Positions 39,029 to 55,006 of a DNA stretch of 64,000 nucleotides are shown here, piece after piece. The notes under the pieces are model-generated. The model saw only the letters and a list, made by a program, of their open reading frames with translations, searched no databases and had not been told where the DNA came from. The stretch is from Parasitella parasitica NRRL 2501. Its lineage: Eukaryota > Fungi > Mucoromycota. Every line of letters starts with the position of its first letter. Position 1 is the stretch's first letter. The stretch lies in contig MU619264.1 in NCBI GenBank assembly GCA_025201805.1, positions 94,195 through 158,194 of the forward strand, in the 5' to 3' direction. The translations under genes and the position numbers were made by a program.

Positions 39029-39804
39029 ATGGCCAACCAAGGTAATAAGTTAATCAATGATATTGGTTGTATAGATCACACGTAGAAAGAGAGGCAGACA
39101 AAGGATTGATGGGTTATGATACTGGATGAAAGGTTGGATGTGATGCCCTTTTTTCTCTCGAAAGATTACCCATTGCCACTACGAAATATTCAATGAGTTG
39201 AAGCCGATGTAGATATGCACAAATAGCACACAACTCAATTCATTCCATACCAAAATTCATAATATCTTGAACTATTAAAGCAGCCTCTGTCTCTCTAACT
39301 ATGTGAATCATTTTACAACTCATCATGAACCGTAACATTAAGTTCAACATGTATGCTGACCTATGTTTTTTTCTATCATTAGCTTCCACCAAGGCTCTTA
39401 ATGCCAAGAAGTCCGCTCTTAAGGGTGTTCATGGTAAGACTGTGCGCAAGATCCGCACATCTACCCACTTCCACATCCCCAAGACTTTGGCTTTGAAGCG
39501 TACTCCAAAGTATGCTCGCAAGTCTATTGCGCATGCTCCTCGTATGGATCAATACCGTGTCATTCGTCAACCTCTCAACACTGAGACTGCCATGAAGAAG
39601 ATCGAAGAACACAACACTTTGACTTTCCTGGTCGATGTCAAGGCCAACAAGAACCAAATTAAGGATGCTGTCAAGCGTCTTTACGATGTTGAGGCTCAAC
39701 AAGTCAACACTCTTATCCGTCCCGACGGTTACAAGAAGGCTTTTGTTCGCTTAACCGCTGATGTTGATGCTCTTGATGTCGCTAACAAGATTGGTTTCAT
39801 CTAA
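39029..39804 (+). CDS. RPL25: 60S ribosomal protein L25 (uL23)
   Basis: MANQ|ASTKAL...; [57 protein letters not shown]; intron 39042-39382; strong codon bias. Confidence 0.97.
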
Positions 39805-40833
39805 ATCTCTTTGATTTCTCTACCTCTCTCTTTTTCTTGATTTTCATTAAAAAAGGATCCATTATACATACTTGATTGCATCGATATCTGATAATTTTGT
39901 TAGAAAAGTTAGCGGTTGATTTATTGCGAGAGGTCCTATCCAAGAAGGGAAGAGACATCGTCATGGGCGTATATTTAGTGTGTCCCGAAACGATGATTAA
40001 CTACATCACATATGACACCTGCTTCACTTGTAGCTATTAGAGCGTACTAATTGAAATGGATAAATCATGTTACTACTAGATAAATACAGGAAAAACAAAA
40101 TTATCTATAATTGAGTATTCGCAGGAAGGTAAGCCTATCGACTAACATTGAATGAGAAACAACAAGCATCACAGCAACAGCAGCTCCTGGAATATCCAGG
40201 TATGCCATCTTCTACCCATAGTACATATAACTACCCTAGATCAACAGAAGAAAAAATTGTGGCAGAAGCTATTTTGATTGCACTCTTTCCTTCTTTCCAG
40301 CATGCATTCTTCTTAAGCTCCAACGTAAAGAGAGCCTCCACTCATTAACTTAGTGCTAACATTTTCTCTCTTCATGCATCAAAGTGCATTATTTTACATC
40401 AGATAGTAAGAATACATTCTATAGCAAAGCAGGTCGCGGAAAATAGCAAATTCAACAATTTGGCTCTTTCCAGCTAATAAAAATACGCTTGGCCTTTATG
40501 GACCTTCCTGCGTCAATTTTCATGAACTACTTTCTTGTGCAAATGCATCCCGGACATTGGAGAACAATTTAGTGTGCGTTTAAACTCTTGAGTCGGTCAG
40601 AAAAGCAATAAACGATGCCATGAGATTGTGAAAAGCACAGTTTTTTGTAGCTCTCAAAAAATTTGTTGCTTGCTATTATGTATTTACTTGGTAGATACTT
40701 AATAATGTCTAGCTCATGCTGGCATTTTGATTGCGCAAACAAAAGTAAGTTTTAGATTATAGATCCCATGTCAACCGGCCTAATAATTTGTCCGCCCTGA
40801 CAGAATGGTTGATTTCTCAGGGTTTGTCAGTAA

Positions 40834-44142
<3,309 letters not shown>

Positions 44143-44244
44143 TTCACTAGTAGATACCCATTTTTTTTTTGTAACAAACACTCCTGCTTTCCCCCATGAT
44201 GAAATACGTAAATTGGAAGCAATTTTTTTTGTATTAACTATTTT

Positions 44245-45115
44245 TTATTGAACAATGCCTCTTACATTATCGGGGCAATCAGATTGGTGATAAGGGTGTG
44301 TACTTCTGAATTCAGGCAATGTCATCAATGTATTTCGAATTCGGGTAATATAAGGAAACAGTTTCATATCAGCTCCGTGATATTTAGTAGCAGCAAACAC
44401 CATTGGGACTAGACAAAAGTCTGCAACGGAGATTTGATCACCCAGGCAATAAGTTCCAGACAAGTTTTCTAAGCGTGTCTCCAAGGATTGAAAGCCCATT
44501 TCAAGTATTTTTCGAGCAAACACTTCTCTTTTATCCAATTCAATATCTGCAAGCTTCAACACCTTTTTGGCTTGCAACGGCTGAATATCACAGGCAATAT
44601 CCAATGCCATTGACCAAGCTTCCGCTTTGTGGAAGGGTCCTTTTGGCATCATGGGTCTCTCTTTACATAATGCGAACATTGAGAATTTATTTTCCGTAAT
44701 ATGACAAACAACAATGTCTTTGATGGATTACTTACCAGGATACATGGAATCAAGGTATTCAATTATTGCTAGACTCTGGGTCAAGATTTTACCATTTTTA
44801 GTGATAAAACATGGTAGTTTTTTACTTGGATTTAGATGTGCATCCGCTTCAGATAACTTTATAAACATGAGCATATACAATTTATCTCAACGCGCACGAC
44901 TTACATGCTCACTAGCTTCCATATCTATGTAACGAGTCTCATAATCAATCCCTTTCCATGCTAATGCAATTCTAACTCGCCATGATGTATCTGAAGCATA
45001 ACTGCTGTACAGTATTGGCTTTTGAGTACAAGGCAATGATTTCTTTCATTGAATTAATTACGAGAGCACAAAGTATTCATACTGCACTTACTTCTTTAGA
45101 TCCTGCGTCTGACAT
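44245..45115 (-). CDS. Zeta-class glutathione S-transferase / maleylacetoacetate isomerase-like
   Basis: [68 protein letters not shown]; 3 introns. Confidence 0.85.
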
Positions 45116-45770
45116 TATGATTAATATTTTTTCTGAAAGAAAAATGTATCGAGAAGAATCGGTACATTCCCACCAATTTAAATAGCTGAACTTTCTCTGT
45201 ATCGTGTTTGCCTCTTGCTTTTCTTTACCTATTAATAACGTCATTCTCTTTGTGCCCAACACGTTGTTTCCAGTAATTATGTTTCATTTGGATTAATCCC
45301 CTCACGGTGCTCCTGAAAAATGATCAATTTACTGCTACGTTCTTAATTTAATTTAGTAATGTGCTAAAAGAGTTGCTATTCCAAAACACCCAACAGTATC
45401 TTGATATAAGTAATTAACTTGTATTTACTTTCAAGTACAACCTTTAAAAAAATCTTTATGCTGTGAGTTGCCAAGACTGTTTGGAGATGAATCGGCTACT
45501 GCCAATAATCTGATTACTTGAATCGACACTTCATTTAGTACTGCCGAGATTTTTTATGAAACACTACCGTGATGCATTGAAATTAACATCTTGATATCAA
45601 TAACAAATATGTATATTTCTTATTTGTTGGATACTCTTTAGTTGTCGAGTTTCAGCGTAAATCCAGGTTATTGTTTTAAAACCTTATTTATTAGCAATGT
45701 TCTTCAAAGTGCCGTACGTATATAAAGAAGAGTTACAATATCTCGTTGAACTAACCATGGTATGCTGCTA

Positions 45771-46784
45771 TTATGAGGTCTTCGTAATTACTATTCTAAA
45801 GTTATTTTCAATAGAATCTTTGATAGTAAATTTAATTCCATCTGCTATGAGATATTTCAAGGTGTCTGTTAAATTTTCTTCTTTTACTGGGAATTTTATC
45901 TTGATCAAACGAACTTTTTTGATTACGTTCAATGTGCGTTGTAAATTGTTTCTGACCAATATGATAGGTAAACTGACATCAATATCCATTGCTTCAATTT
46001 TGGGGTACTTGAACGTAAGATACTCAAGTAAATCAGAACGACATTCAGTGTTAATTATCAGTTTCTTGACATTTTCCACTAATTTAACGTTTGTCGACGT
46101 CCATGCCTCCATTTCACTTTTTGGATGAACAGTGTCGAGCAACTTGGTATTCATTGCTAATTCAGATAGATAGATACATCCCTTTAAGACATTCTCTAAA
46201 TCAAACAATGCTTGGAGACGTCCGTCTATTCTAAGTTTTGTCAAGTTTTTAAATGTTTCGAGCTGGTTTATGATGTTCCAATTATCGGACTCATCGTCGT
46301 CGTCTTCCAAAACAAATGTTACATCCTGTAAAGTGTTCCTAAACGTAAGCAATGAATTGTTGTACATATTTGAGAAATATTCAGGGCTAGGTATAGCCTT
46401 CAATTTCTTGAATTTCTCTAGTGCCTTATCAGCAATGCTATTCATTAATATATACAACGCATCTGAGCCTACAGAACCAGTCAGGTACTCCATATTTGGC
46501 GTAAAAGCTAACTGTAACAGCTCTTTCAATATAACTGTTGATATGTACGTATAATCGAATTCTAAATGCTTGATAAGTTTTCCGTTATTAGGGTTTCTGT
46601 ACAAGTGACCAAAAAGTGAGAGGGCTCCTGCTTCAGATTTGATGATGATTTGTTTAGCGAAAAGTAACGGCTCTGCAAGTCGGTTCCAACACTTGCAAAC
46701 TAAACGAAACTGTGCTAAATGCTGCGTAGAGTCATTGTAATCTAATATTTTGACCAACAATTCCTCTGGTAGTTTCCCAATCAT
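45771..46784 (-). CDS. F-box domain protein with degenerate LRR-like region (intronless)
   Basis: N-terminal LPEELLVKILDY...RLVCKCWNRLA; 337-aa open frame, AT-rich. Confidence 0.75.
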   Translation of the reverse strand: MIGKLPEELLVKILDYNDSTQHLAQFRLVCKCWNRLAEPLLFAKQIIIKSEAGALSLFGHLYRNPNNGKLIKHLEFDYTYISTVILKELLQLAFTPNMEYLTGSVGSDALYILMNSIADKALEKFKKLKAIPSPEYFSNMYNNSLLTFRNTLQDVTFVLEDDDDESDNWNIINQLETFKNLTKLRIDGRLQALFDLENVLKGCIYLSELAMNTKLLDTVHPKSEMEAWTSTNVKLVENVKKLIINTECRSDLLEYLTFKYPKIEAMDIDVSLPIILVRNNLQRTLNVIKKVRLIKIKFPVKEENLTDTLKYLIADGIKFTIKDSIENNFRIVITKTS

Positions 46785-48876
46785 TAAGTAATAATTATAA
46801 CAATAATTAGAAGATTGTCAAAACGAAAAGGAAAAAGCAATATATTTTATTCCAAAGCCAAAAATTACCTTTTCATCTCATAACATGCATATACATGAAC
46901 AGAAAATCTGAATTTATCAAGACATTAATACATCAGACTAAATATCAGTAGCCCTAACATATGAATAAAAGCAATTCGTGCCAGATGAATTTATAGGGGG
47001 TTTATGTCGTTACCGAGAGTGTCTATTATCACAGAGTATACAGCATGATATTGAGGAGGTGTAAGACTAGTTGAGTATCTCAATTAACTCGCATACTAAT
47101 GTATTAATCTTAATATATTTAAAATAAATTTATACCTCTACAGAAACTTTATTTATGCATGACCTTTCAAAAGTGTACGGAGGATTCGCTGATAAGATGA
47201 AAATATCCTATGTTTAAGGTGTGCAAGGATCAGCCATGTCTGATATAATTAAGATATTGTCCAAAAAAATAAAACGAGCATATAATAGCCTAATGTAGAC
47301 CTCACATTATTGTGCAAGTAAAGCTATATTATTGAACACCTTTTTTTTTTTGGTCGAGACATTGAACAGTAAATATGATCTGCCATAGTTACAGACAGGA
47401 GATCATGGCAATATTCTTCAATTGAAGATTGAAGATTGTCCAATGATGTGATGTGATACGCTTGTGTAAATTGGAGAATAAAGTCTCTGTTTCAAACCAA
47501 GAAGGTTATTCCTGTAAGTAACACATATCTGAGCACTAAGATAAAGGTTAAGGCACTGTCAGATCAAAGACGTGTAGCCCTTGTTGTATAACCTTACATC
47601 GTACCTATCAAGTAGATTGGCACTGGGAATTAGTCTTGTCAATTAGTAATCTAAATAGGTCACCATAAATTAATGTAGTTGTAAAAGGTATAAATTGCAG
47701 ATGCAATTTCGATCTTAAATAATGTATCATAAAATTTTCGTATCTCTTCAACATCTGGTTTTTATTTTTTTTTGTTTCCAAAATAATTACTTTATTCATA
47801 AACTGATGATGCATATAGATCTTTAGTTGATATGATAAATAGAAAACTTCTATCAACCAATAAAATGTTTAGTTTTGCATCTGGTTAATTGATAATAATG
47901 TTTAATATTCTTCCTTATAACATTAATATCTGCTGTGCCCTTTTAAGACCTGGCACAGCAATTTTGGCTCTGTTCATCATAATAGCGCACTTTAATTGTA
48001 TCCTTCTATTACGACCCTCTCTTCCTCATAAACCGCATGCGATGATATCTTTTTTGGACCTCTTTCAGAAAAATCACAAAATCGCACAGCAAAATAACAT
48101 ACCCTCTTTAGAAGTTTCGGATGAAGAAGTTATTTTTGAATGATCTGCTCAACTTTTTGTGATGCAGATGTCAAGCAGTAATTTATCTTTTAAACCCCTA
48201 ATACTGAAGAATGAGCACCTAATCATTTCGACATTGTTTTTGATTTCTTATATTTTGCTCATGTTCATTTAATAGCTGCTGATATTTCTTTCTTAAACGT
48301 CTAAGGTTCACTTGTAATATGTGGACAATCAAGGCAGCACTCATTAGCAGTGTCTAGGCAGAAACCCTCTCAGGCCCAACTCGAGTTATAAAAGGTGTCG
48401 TGCCAAAAAAGCCATAAATTCGATGAAATGTCGTAGCGTTCCATTAATGACATTCATTACACCAAATATAAATCCAGAGATGACATATATAAACATCAAT
48501 AACAGAGACGATATTTTTGATTGTGCCAATGAATGTTTCCTATACTTCCAAGCACAATGGATGATAAAGAATACTGAATAATGGCAGTTGTAGCCTGATG
48601 ATACATAATGCAGAAACTTGAGTAATTTATAAGTTGCAAACCTAATAATAAATAGCATGAATTCGCTTTAGTAAATTCAAATTAGGAAGCCGTTAGTATA
48701 AAAAACGATGGCATACAACCTCTAATGAGTATTCTACACCTTGCAAACTTTCGTTACTTGATCCTCTTTCAGGGCATCATGACTTGTATTGTGACAATTT
48801 TGTTTTTTTTCTTTACAAATTACTCTGGCTGTCAAAAGTTTTCTAGTTCTTTTCCATACAAATCTATATAAAAAAA

Positions 48877-51428
48877 ATGGGTTCAAGTGATGATTTTGTA
48901 ATGACCATCGATGATGATGAAACTATTGTCGTTGAGGAGGAAGCCATGGAAATATCGGAGGACGAGGAAAAGAAAGAACCCATAGATAAGAAGACTGCAA
49001 AAAAACTGAGAAAGCTAGCAAACCGGGAACAAAAGAAAGGCATTAAGCCTGCTGCTGTCGAGGAGCAGAAGAAAAAAAAGGCAGCCAGTAAGAATGGGGA
49101 TGATTTTGACGAAGAATTTACATTTTCCATGGATGGTGGTGGAGGACGTGCTCAAAATGCTTGGGATTTCACTGCTGCTCGTGGCATGCTGAAGGGAAAG
49201 CAGGTATAGTATATACAAAAGGGTTGATTGGATCTTTTTTATTTAGAGAAAATTATTATCTAGGGAGATGCTGATAGAACCTCGATCGATGATATTATTG
49301 CTAAGAAGAGGCAAGAGGCTAAAGAGTCGAGAAAATTGTCTAAAAAAAGAACCAAGGAGCCTGTGGTTGAAGAAAAGCAGGATGAATCAGAGGAAGAAGA
49401 TGACGATGAGAATGATTTGGTAGGCTCCATTGATGATGACGAAAACACAGAAGAAAACGATGAGGATCTGGCACTGGATGGCTTTGGTGCAGGTGCAGAT
49501 AGAATTGAACAAGAAGATGATGAAGAAGAGAATAGTTCTGATAGTGAAACTGAAGAAGAACTTACTGAGGATGACACTGAGGATGTTCAAGCCAATAGCG
49601 ATGCTGAAGTAATCGAAGATGAGGCTGAGATTCAGGTAAATTAGATGATTGTTATGCAAAATCGATACAGGTTGATACGAACTTTAAACTCTTCTTTAGC
49701 GCAAGAAAGATTACTTTGCTGATGAATCAGAGGAAGTTAGAAAAGACCATCAGTCATTTGCCTCTATTAATCTCTCTCGTCCCATTCTCAAGGGTCTGTC
49801 CAATTTAGGCTTTGTTAAGCCTACAGATATCCAGGCTCGCACTATTCCTGTTGCATTGATGGGTAAAGATATTTGTGGTGGTGCCGTCACTGGTTCCGGT
49901 AAAACTGCAGCCTTTATTGTCCCCATTTTGGAGCGTCTTCTTTACAGACCTCGTCAAACACCCAGTACCCGCGTCCTGATTCTCTGTCCCACTCGTGAAT
50001 TAGCGGCCCAAGTTCACAGTGTCGCCGTCAAACTAGCAAATTATACCGATATTACCTTCTGTCTTTGTGTCGGTGGGTTGAGTGTCAAGACACAAGAACA
50101 AGAACTCAAATTAAAGCCTGATGTCGTTGTTGCCACACCTGGTCGTTTGATTGATCACGTCCGTAATTCGTCTGGTTTTCATTTAGACGCTTGTGAGATT
50201 TTGGTGATGGATGAAGCTGATCGTATGTTGGAAGATGGTTTTGCAGATGAATTGGGCGAGATTATCAAGGCTTGTCCTCGTTCTCGTCAAACTATGCTTT
50301 TCTCTGCTACCATGACAGATAATGTGGATCAGTTAGTTCGCATGTCGTTAAATAACCCTGCTCGTTTATTTGTGGATCCTAGCAACCAAGCCGCTTCCCG
50401 TCTTATTCAAGAATTCGTTCGTATTCGTCAAACTCGTGAATCTGATCGTGCCGCTGTGCTGTTGGCTTTATGTAGAAAGACATTTAAAAAGAAGGTCATC
50501 GTATTTTTCAGATCGAAGGCTGCTGCACATCAAATGAAAATTATGTTTGGCTTAATGGGGCTGTCTGCTGCTGAGCTTCACGGTAATTTGACACAAGAAC
50601 AGCGACTGGAAGCCTTGGAGAGATTCAGAGACAACGAAGTTGACTATTTATTAGCTACTGATCTTGCTGCTAGAGGTCTTGATATCAAGGGCATTGAGAC
50701 AGTTATTAACTACAACATGCCTACACAATTTGCTCAATATCTTCATCGTGTTGGTCGTACTGCAAGAGCTGGTCGCAACGGTCGCTCAGTTACATTGGTT
50801 GGTGAAGCCGATCGTAAAATGCTCAAAATGGCCATCAAATCATCTGTGGGTTCCCAAGTCAAAAATCGAGTGGTAAACCATGAATTGGTCCAAAGATACA
50901 AACAAAAGGTTGAAAGTTTAGGGCCTCAAATCAAAGAAGTGCTAGCAGAAGAGAAACAAGAACGTGCTATTAGAAATGCTGAAATGCAATTAAAAAAAAG
51001 CGAGAATATGCTTCATCATGGCGCTGAAATTTATGCTAGACCTGCCAGAACTTGGTTCCAAACAGAAACTGAAAAAAGGACAAACAAGAGTGCTGGTAAA
51101 GCGGAACATCGTGCCAAATTTGGCCTTGAAAACACTGATACAGATGCAAATACCAAACCTAAAGAGGTAAAAAAAAAAAAAAAAAAAAGCCAACTTTGCT
51201 GTTGCATTTGATGTAGTAAACTAATTTGTATAATAGAAACGTGGTAAATACGATGGCATGAGTCGTCAAAAGAGAAGACGCTTACAAGCCATGGAAGAAG
51301 ATGACATGGAACAAGATGGTCTTATGCAAAAGGCTGCAGCGAGAGCTGCAAAAAAATCATCACGACCGGCCCCAATGACACAGATGAGACCTCAGAAGTT
51401 CAATAGCAAGAAAAAGTCAAAGAAATAG
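48877..51428 (+). CDS. DRS1: DEAD-box RNA helicase Drs1/DDX27 (60S biogenesis)
   Basis: Acidic N-terminus; Q motif GFVKPTDIQ, AVTGSGKT, PTRELA, TPGR, DEAD, SAT, ARGLD, HRVGRTARAG, Drs1-typical RPARTWFQ; 3 introns. Confidence 0.95.
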
Positions 51429-52363
51429 ATTAAGCATTTTCACATAGATTATTGAATAGCAAATATATAGCAATTTAAACACAAAAAAACCAGATACAAT
51501 TGCTTTATTAACTTTCAATTTTATCTTCAGAACTGCAATGTTTTTTACACTTTTCATTGCATATTGCATCTTTTATCTCTCTTAGTTTCGAAGCCTGTAA
51601 CGTTTACACACAGGAGAAGCACAAAAAGATATAGGCTGCATACTCTCCAAACTAAGAGCCGACATCAATGCTAGCATATTTGAGCGAAATTAAAACATCT
51701 GAGGTGCGACAATAATGATGGCTTTGATTCCAGACATACTAGAGCGATATTTTCCTTTGACAGTGCACACCCAAACTTTATTGAAACTCTGCAGTGCAGA
51801 CCTATATCATGGAAACTGCTCATAATCCCCTACAACCAGATCTTTTATGTTTACGAGCTTTGGGCGGAAAACTGCTTCATTGTCTTGAAGCATATCTAAC
51901 TATAGAAGATGTTCAGCATGACCAAAGATGACGACGGAAACGAAAAATTAAAAGAGGTGCGTCTTTAAACGTACATGATATAACGAAGATCGCATATATT
52001 CATCGACATCTGAAATACTTCCTACTGTTTAAATGCTAACAGAAAAAGAGGCCATTTCAATCATGAAAAAAGAAACACATTTCATTTCAAAATATCAAAT
52101 CAAGTTGCACTTGGCATGGCTCAGTATAGTTCTCAAGTAGAACTACCTCCTACTTTTGTAATCCGGAAACCATGGCAACATACTCTCGGGAATCCTTGAT
52201 TTACTGTTTCCATGCCAACATTAATACTTACATTTCTAACAAACATTTATTCAATTTATAAACTGTTCTTCTTTGTTTTGGGTGTAATCGGCTGGGTTGT
52301 ATAATTTATAGAAGGGTCGAATTTTGTAGTTGTATGCATGTACATAAATAGATTAAAAAGTGT

Positions 52364-52763
52364 TTAGTGTGCGTGGTGAGCAGCAGCTTCAGACTTGACA
52401 TTATAGCCAATAAGGTTTCTACGACCAACGATTTCACCGATGAGGAAAAATGTATAGATTTCAGCGAGAATAACACCACCCTTTGCGACGTCAGAGAAGG
52501 TTAAATTCTTGAGGTTTGAGATCTTTAAGGTGTTTTGAAGAGATTGTTGAGCTTGAGTGAATTGTGCACCGGTAGGGAAAGCCATGCCTTCCTTGGTATA
52601 GACTTGCTTGGCTACCTCAACAGCGACCTTAGTGTTGTGAATAAGAGGCTTTTGAAGGGCTGTAACTTGATGTTACTGATTATTTTTTGACATGTCATGA
52701 TAGATATTTACCAATAAACTTGTTGAGATATACTTGAGCACAGCCGATGAACTTGGAAGCCAT
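52364..52763 (-). CDS. ATP20: Mitochondrial ATP synthase subunit g
   Basis: NTKVAVEVAKQVYTKEGMAFP...AEIYTFFLIGEIVGRRNLIGY (GxxxG); one intron at about 52662-52711. Confidence 0.92.
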
Positions 52764-52992
52764 TTTTATTACTTTAATATGTTCACGTAAGAAAAAAAGA
52801 GAGAGGGGAGGGGGTGCTTCAAAGTTGAGGAGGGGTGTCCAAAAAATCTTTTGATAGCAGACATGAGCTGGGGACCATTTGGATCGTTTCTTGATGGATT
52901 GAGCCTAGTGACGTCGTCAATGTACCTTGGATACAGGTGCAGATTGATGTAGCTCTACCTCTTTTTCCCGTTTCAGTCATACCATAGATCAA

Positions 52993-53220
52993 ATGTCAAA
53001 AATACTGTCCGGAATCAAGAACAATATCTATCCAGCAATCGCACTCACAATTATACCCTGTGGATACTTTCTTGGCACTGAATTGCGAGAAAGAAATGAT
53101 ATCAAGAAAGCGATAGCAAAATCACCGCAAGAAACAGAGCAGGACATCGAGCATTTAAAACAGCAGCTTGAGGCATTGAAAGAAGAGCGCGAAATGGTTC
53201 TCAATAAGATAAATAAATGA
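52993..53220 (+). CDS. 75-aa hypothetical protein, single TM helix plus coiled coil
   Basis: Good start context (caaATGT), hydrophobic IYPAIALTIIPCGYFLG, heptad-rich C-terminus. Confidence 0.6.
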   Translation: MSKILSGIKNNIYPAIALTIIPCGYFLGTELRERNDIKKAIAKSPQETEQDIEHLKQQLEALKEEREMVLNKINK

Positions 53221-53505
53221 TGAAACAATCTATTATATCTATGGGTAAATTAAATGGTGTTTACTACATGGTATTTGCCCTCACCCCTTTAAATAAACAA
53301 TTACACAATAAAAAAAAGCCTTAAACACTGCTTAAAAAGCACATATTCCCAAATCAACCAGTTGGCTCAACTAGAAAGAGCACTGTATCACGGTGGTTTA
53401 TTATTGCATTTAACCCCTCATCTATAACTTGATTGATAAACCTCCTTCCCAGGTTCCCCTTTTTTGTTTCTTTTTTATCTCTTTTCTACACATCTCAATT
53501 AAAGA

Positions 53506-54668
53506 ATGCTTAAGCAATCTCATACTACCACTGCAAAGTCAACTGCTTCCTTAAAACGAAGCAATTTATATGATAAAGTCAGACAGGATCTATTTGAAGA
53601 TACTTCTGGTCGCAAGCAGCGCGATGAATTCAAAACGCCATCCATCACAACCATTTGTTTACTTCAAATCCAAGCGTATATCATTCAAATTCTTACTAAT
53701 TTACCAACATTTACTATAAAAAAATCACCAAATCAGTCATCTTCGATTTATTATTTGATCCAACAAAAGAAACTTCATGCAATATCATCTTTAAAATCAG
53801 CCTTGACTCAATGCTTTCGTTGGTGCTTGTTAATCATCCTACTCTTGCTTGATAATGTCGCTCGTATTCTAAATGTTGAAGGAGAGATGGCCCACATTAC
53901 TAGTCAAAGAAAGCATCAATTAGAAGCAGAAGAAGATTATGACGATGATACTTTCTCAACAGAAACGTATCATCATGACCTATGCGCAAACACAAAGCCG
54001 AACAATGACGGAAGCTCGGAACCGCCTTCACCAACTAGAAGAACATTGGTATCACCCTCCTCGCCCATCAATTCTCCCACTCCAAATTTTGTAGTTCGCA
54101 AAACCAGACATTCCTTTACCAATGCGCCTTTACCTGCACCCACACCTGCTGCAGCTGTAGCAGATGAATCTCCAGTGTTTGGCCCTTCTCGCACTCGCGT
54201 AGGTCATATCAGATCTTTATCTAACAACATGGTTGATCAAAAGCAGCCAATGTCGCCGCAAAAATTGCGTCGTATCACAGCGCAACGAGAGATTAATATG
54301 CAAAACAGCATTTTACCTATCGTGCCCAAGAAAAGCAACCATAATCACGATCACCATCATCACCACCACCATCATACATCTAAAAAGCCTCCTGTTTCAA
54401 ATTCAGTGGCATCTCGTTCATCATCTGAATCGAGCACCATCATCAAAGAAACTCATGATAAGCCTCGAATGCAGAAAACAATGTCATTATCGACAGCTCA
54501 ACAATATCACAAGGAGGTAAATTGAGCTTGGGAGCAAAGGACCAGAGGAACCATTAATCTTTATACAAAGTTGAATAGTGTAGTAACAGTAACAAATCTA
54601 CAAACAAGATATCATCAAAACCTTATGAACGATGCTGTTCAGCATGCACAGGGCCATCCTTGACTTGA
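53506..54668 (+). CDS. Hypothetical S/P-rich protein with poly-His tract
   Basis: 339-codon exon plus short exon 2 after an intron at about 54517-54578; one hydrophobic segment; low-complexity C-half. Confidence 0.65.
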
Positions 54669-55006
54669 ACTTTTTTATTTTTGAATGAATAAAATGTCTT
54701 TGAAAAACTACTCTTCGTCAGTTTATTGTAAATATTTGCCACAACACAAGGAGAAGCTTATATTTATAGCAATTTGCCTTTAATTGACAAGCGCTCTACA
54801 CTAAATATAAAAATAGGGGCCTTGAAAGCTTTTTGTTGTTTGTGTGAAAATCTTGACCAGATTTTAATTACGGTTACATCAATTGACTTTCATACACTTG
54901 ACACGCAAGAATAGGGGAGTTCGTTAGTCATGTCGATAAAGAGACAAACGGGAGCAAATTGTTGTGGTTTCCCCTTCTTCTTGTTTTAATTCACTTTATC
55001 TGGAAG

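Noticed and set aside
39042-39382. Intronic snoRNA in RPL25
   Set aside because: No convincing C (RTGATGA)/D (CTGA) pair or H/ACA layout found by eye; kept only as a structured intron
47997-48010. U12-type donor-like GTATCCTT
   Set aside because: Not inside a gene model and no TCCTTAAC branch site; all modelled introns look like U2-type GT-AG
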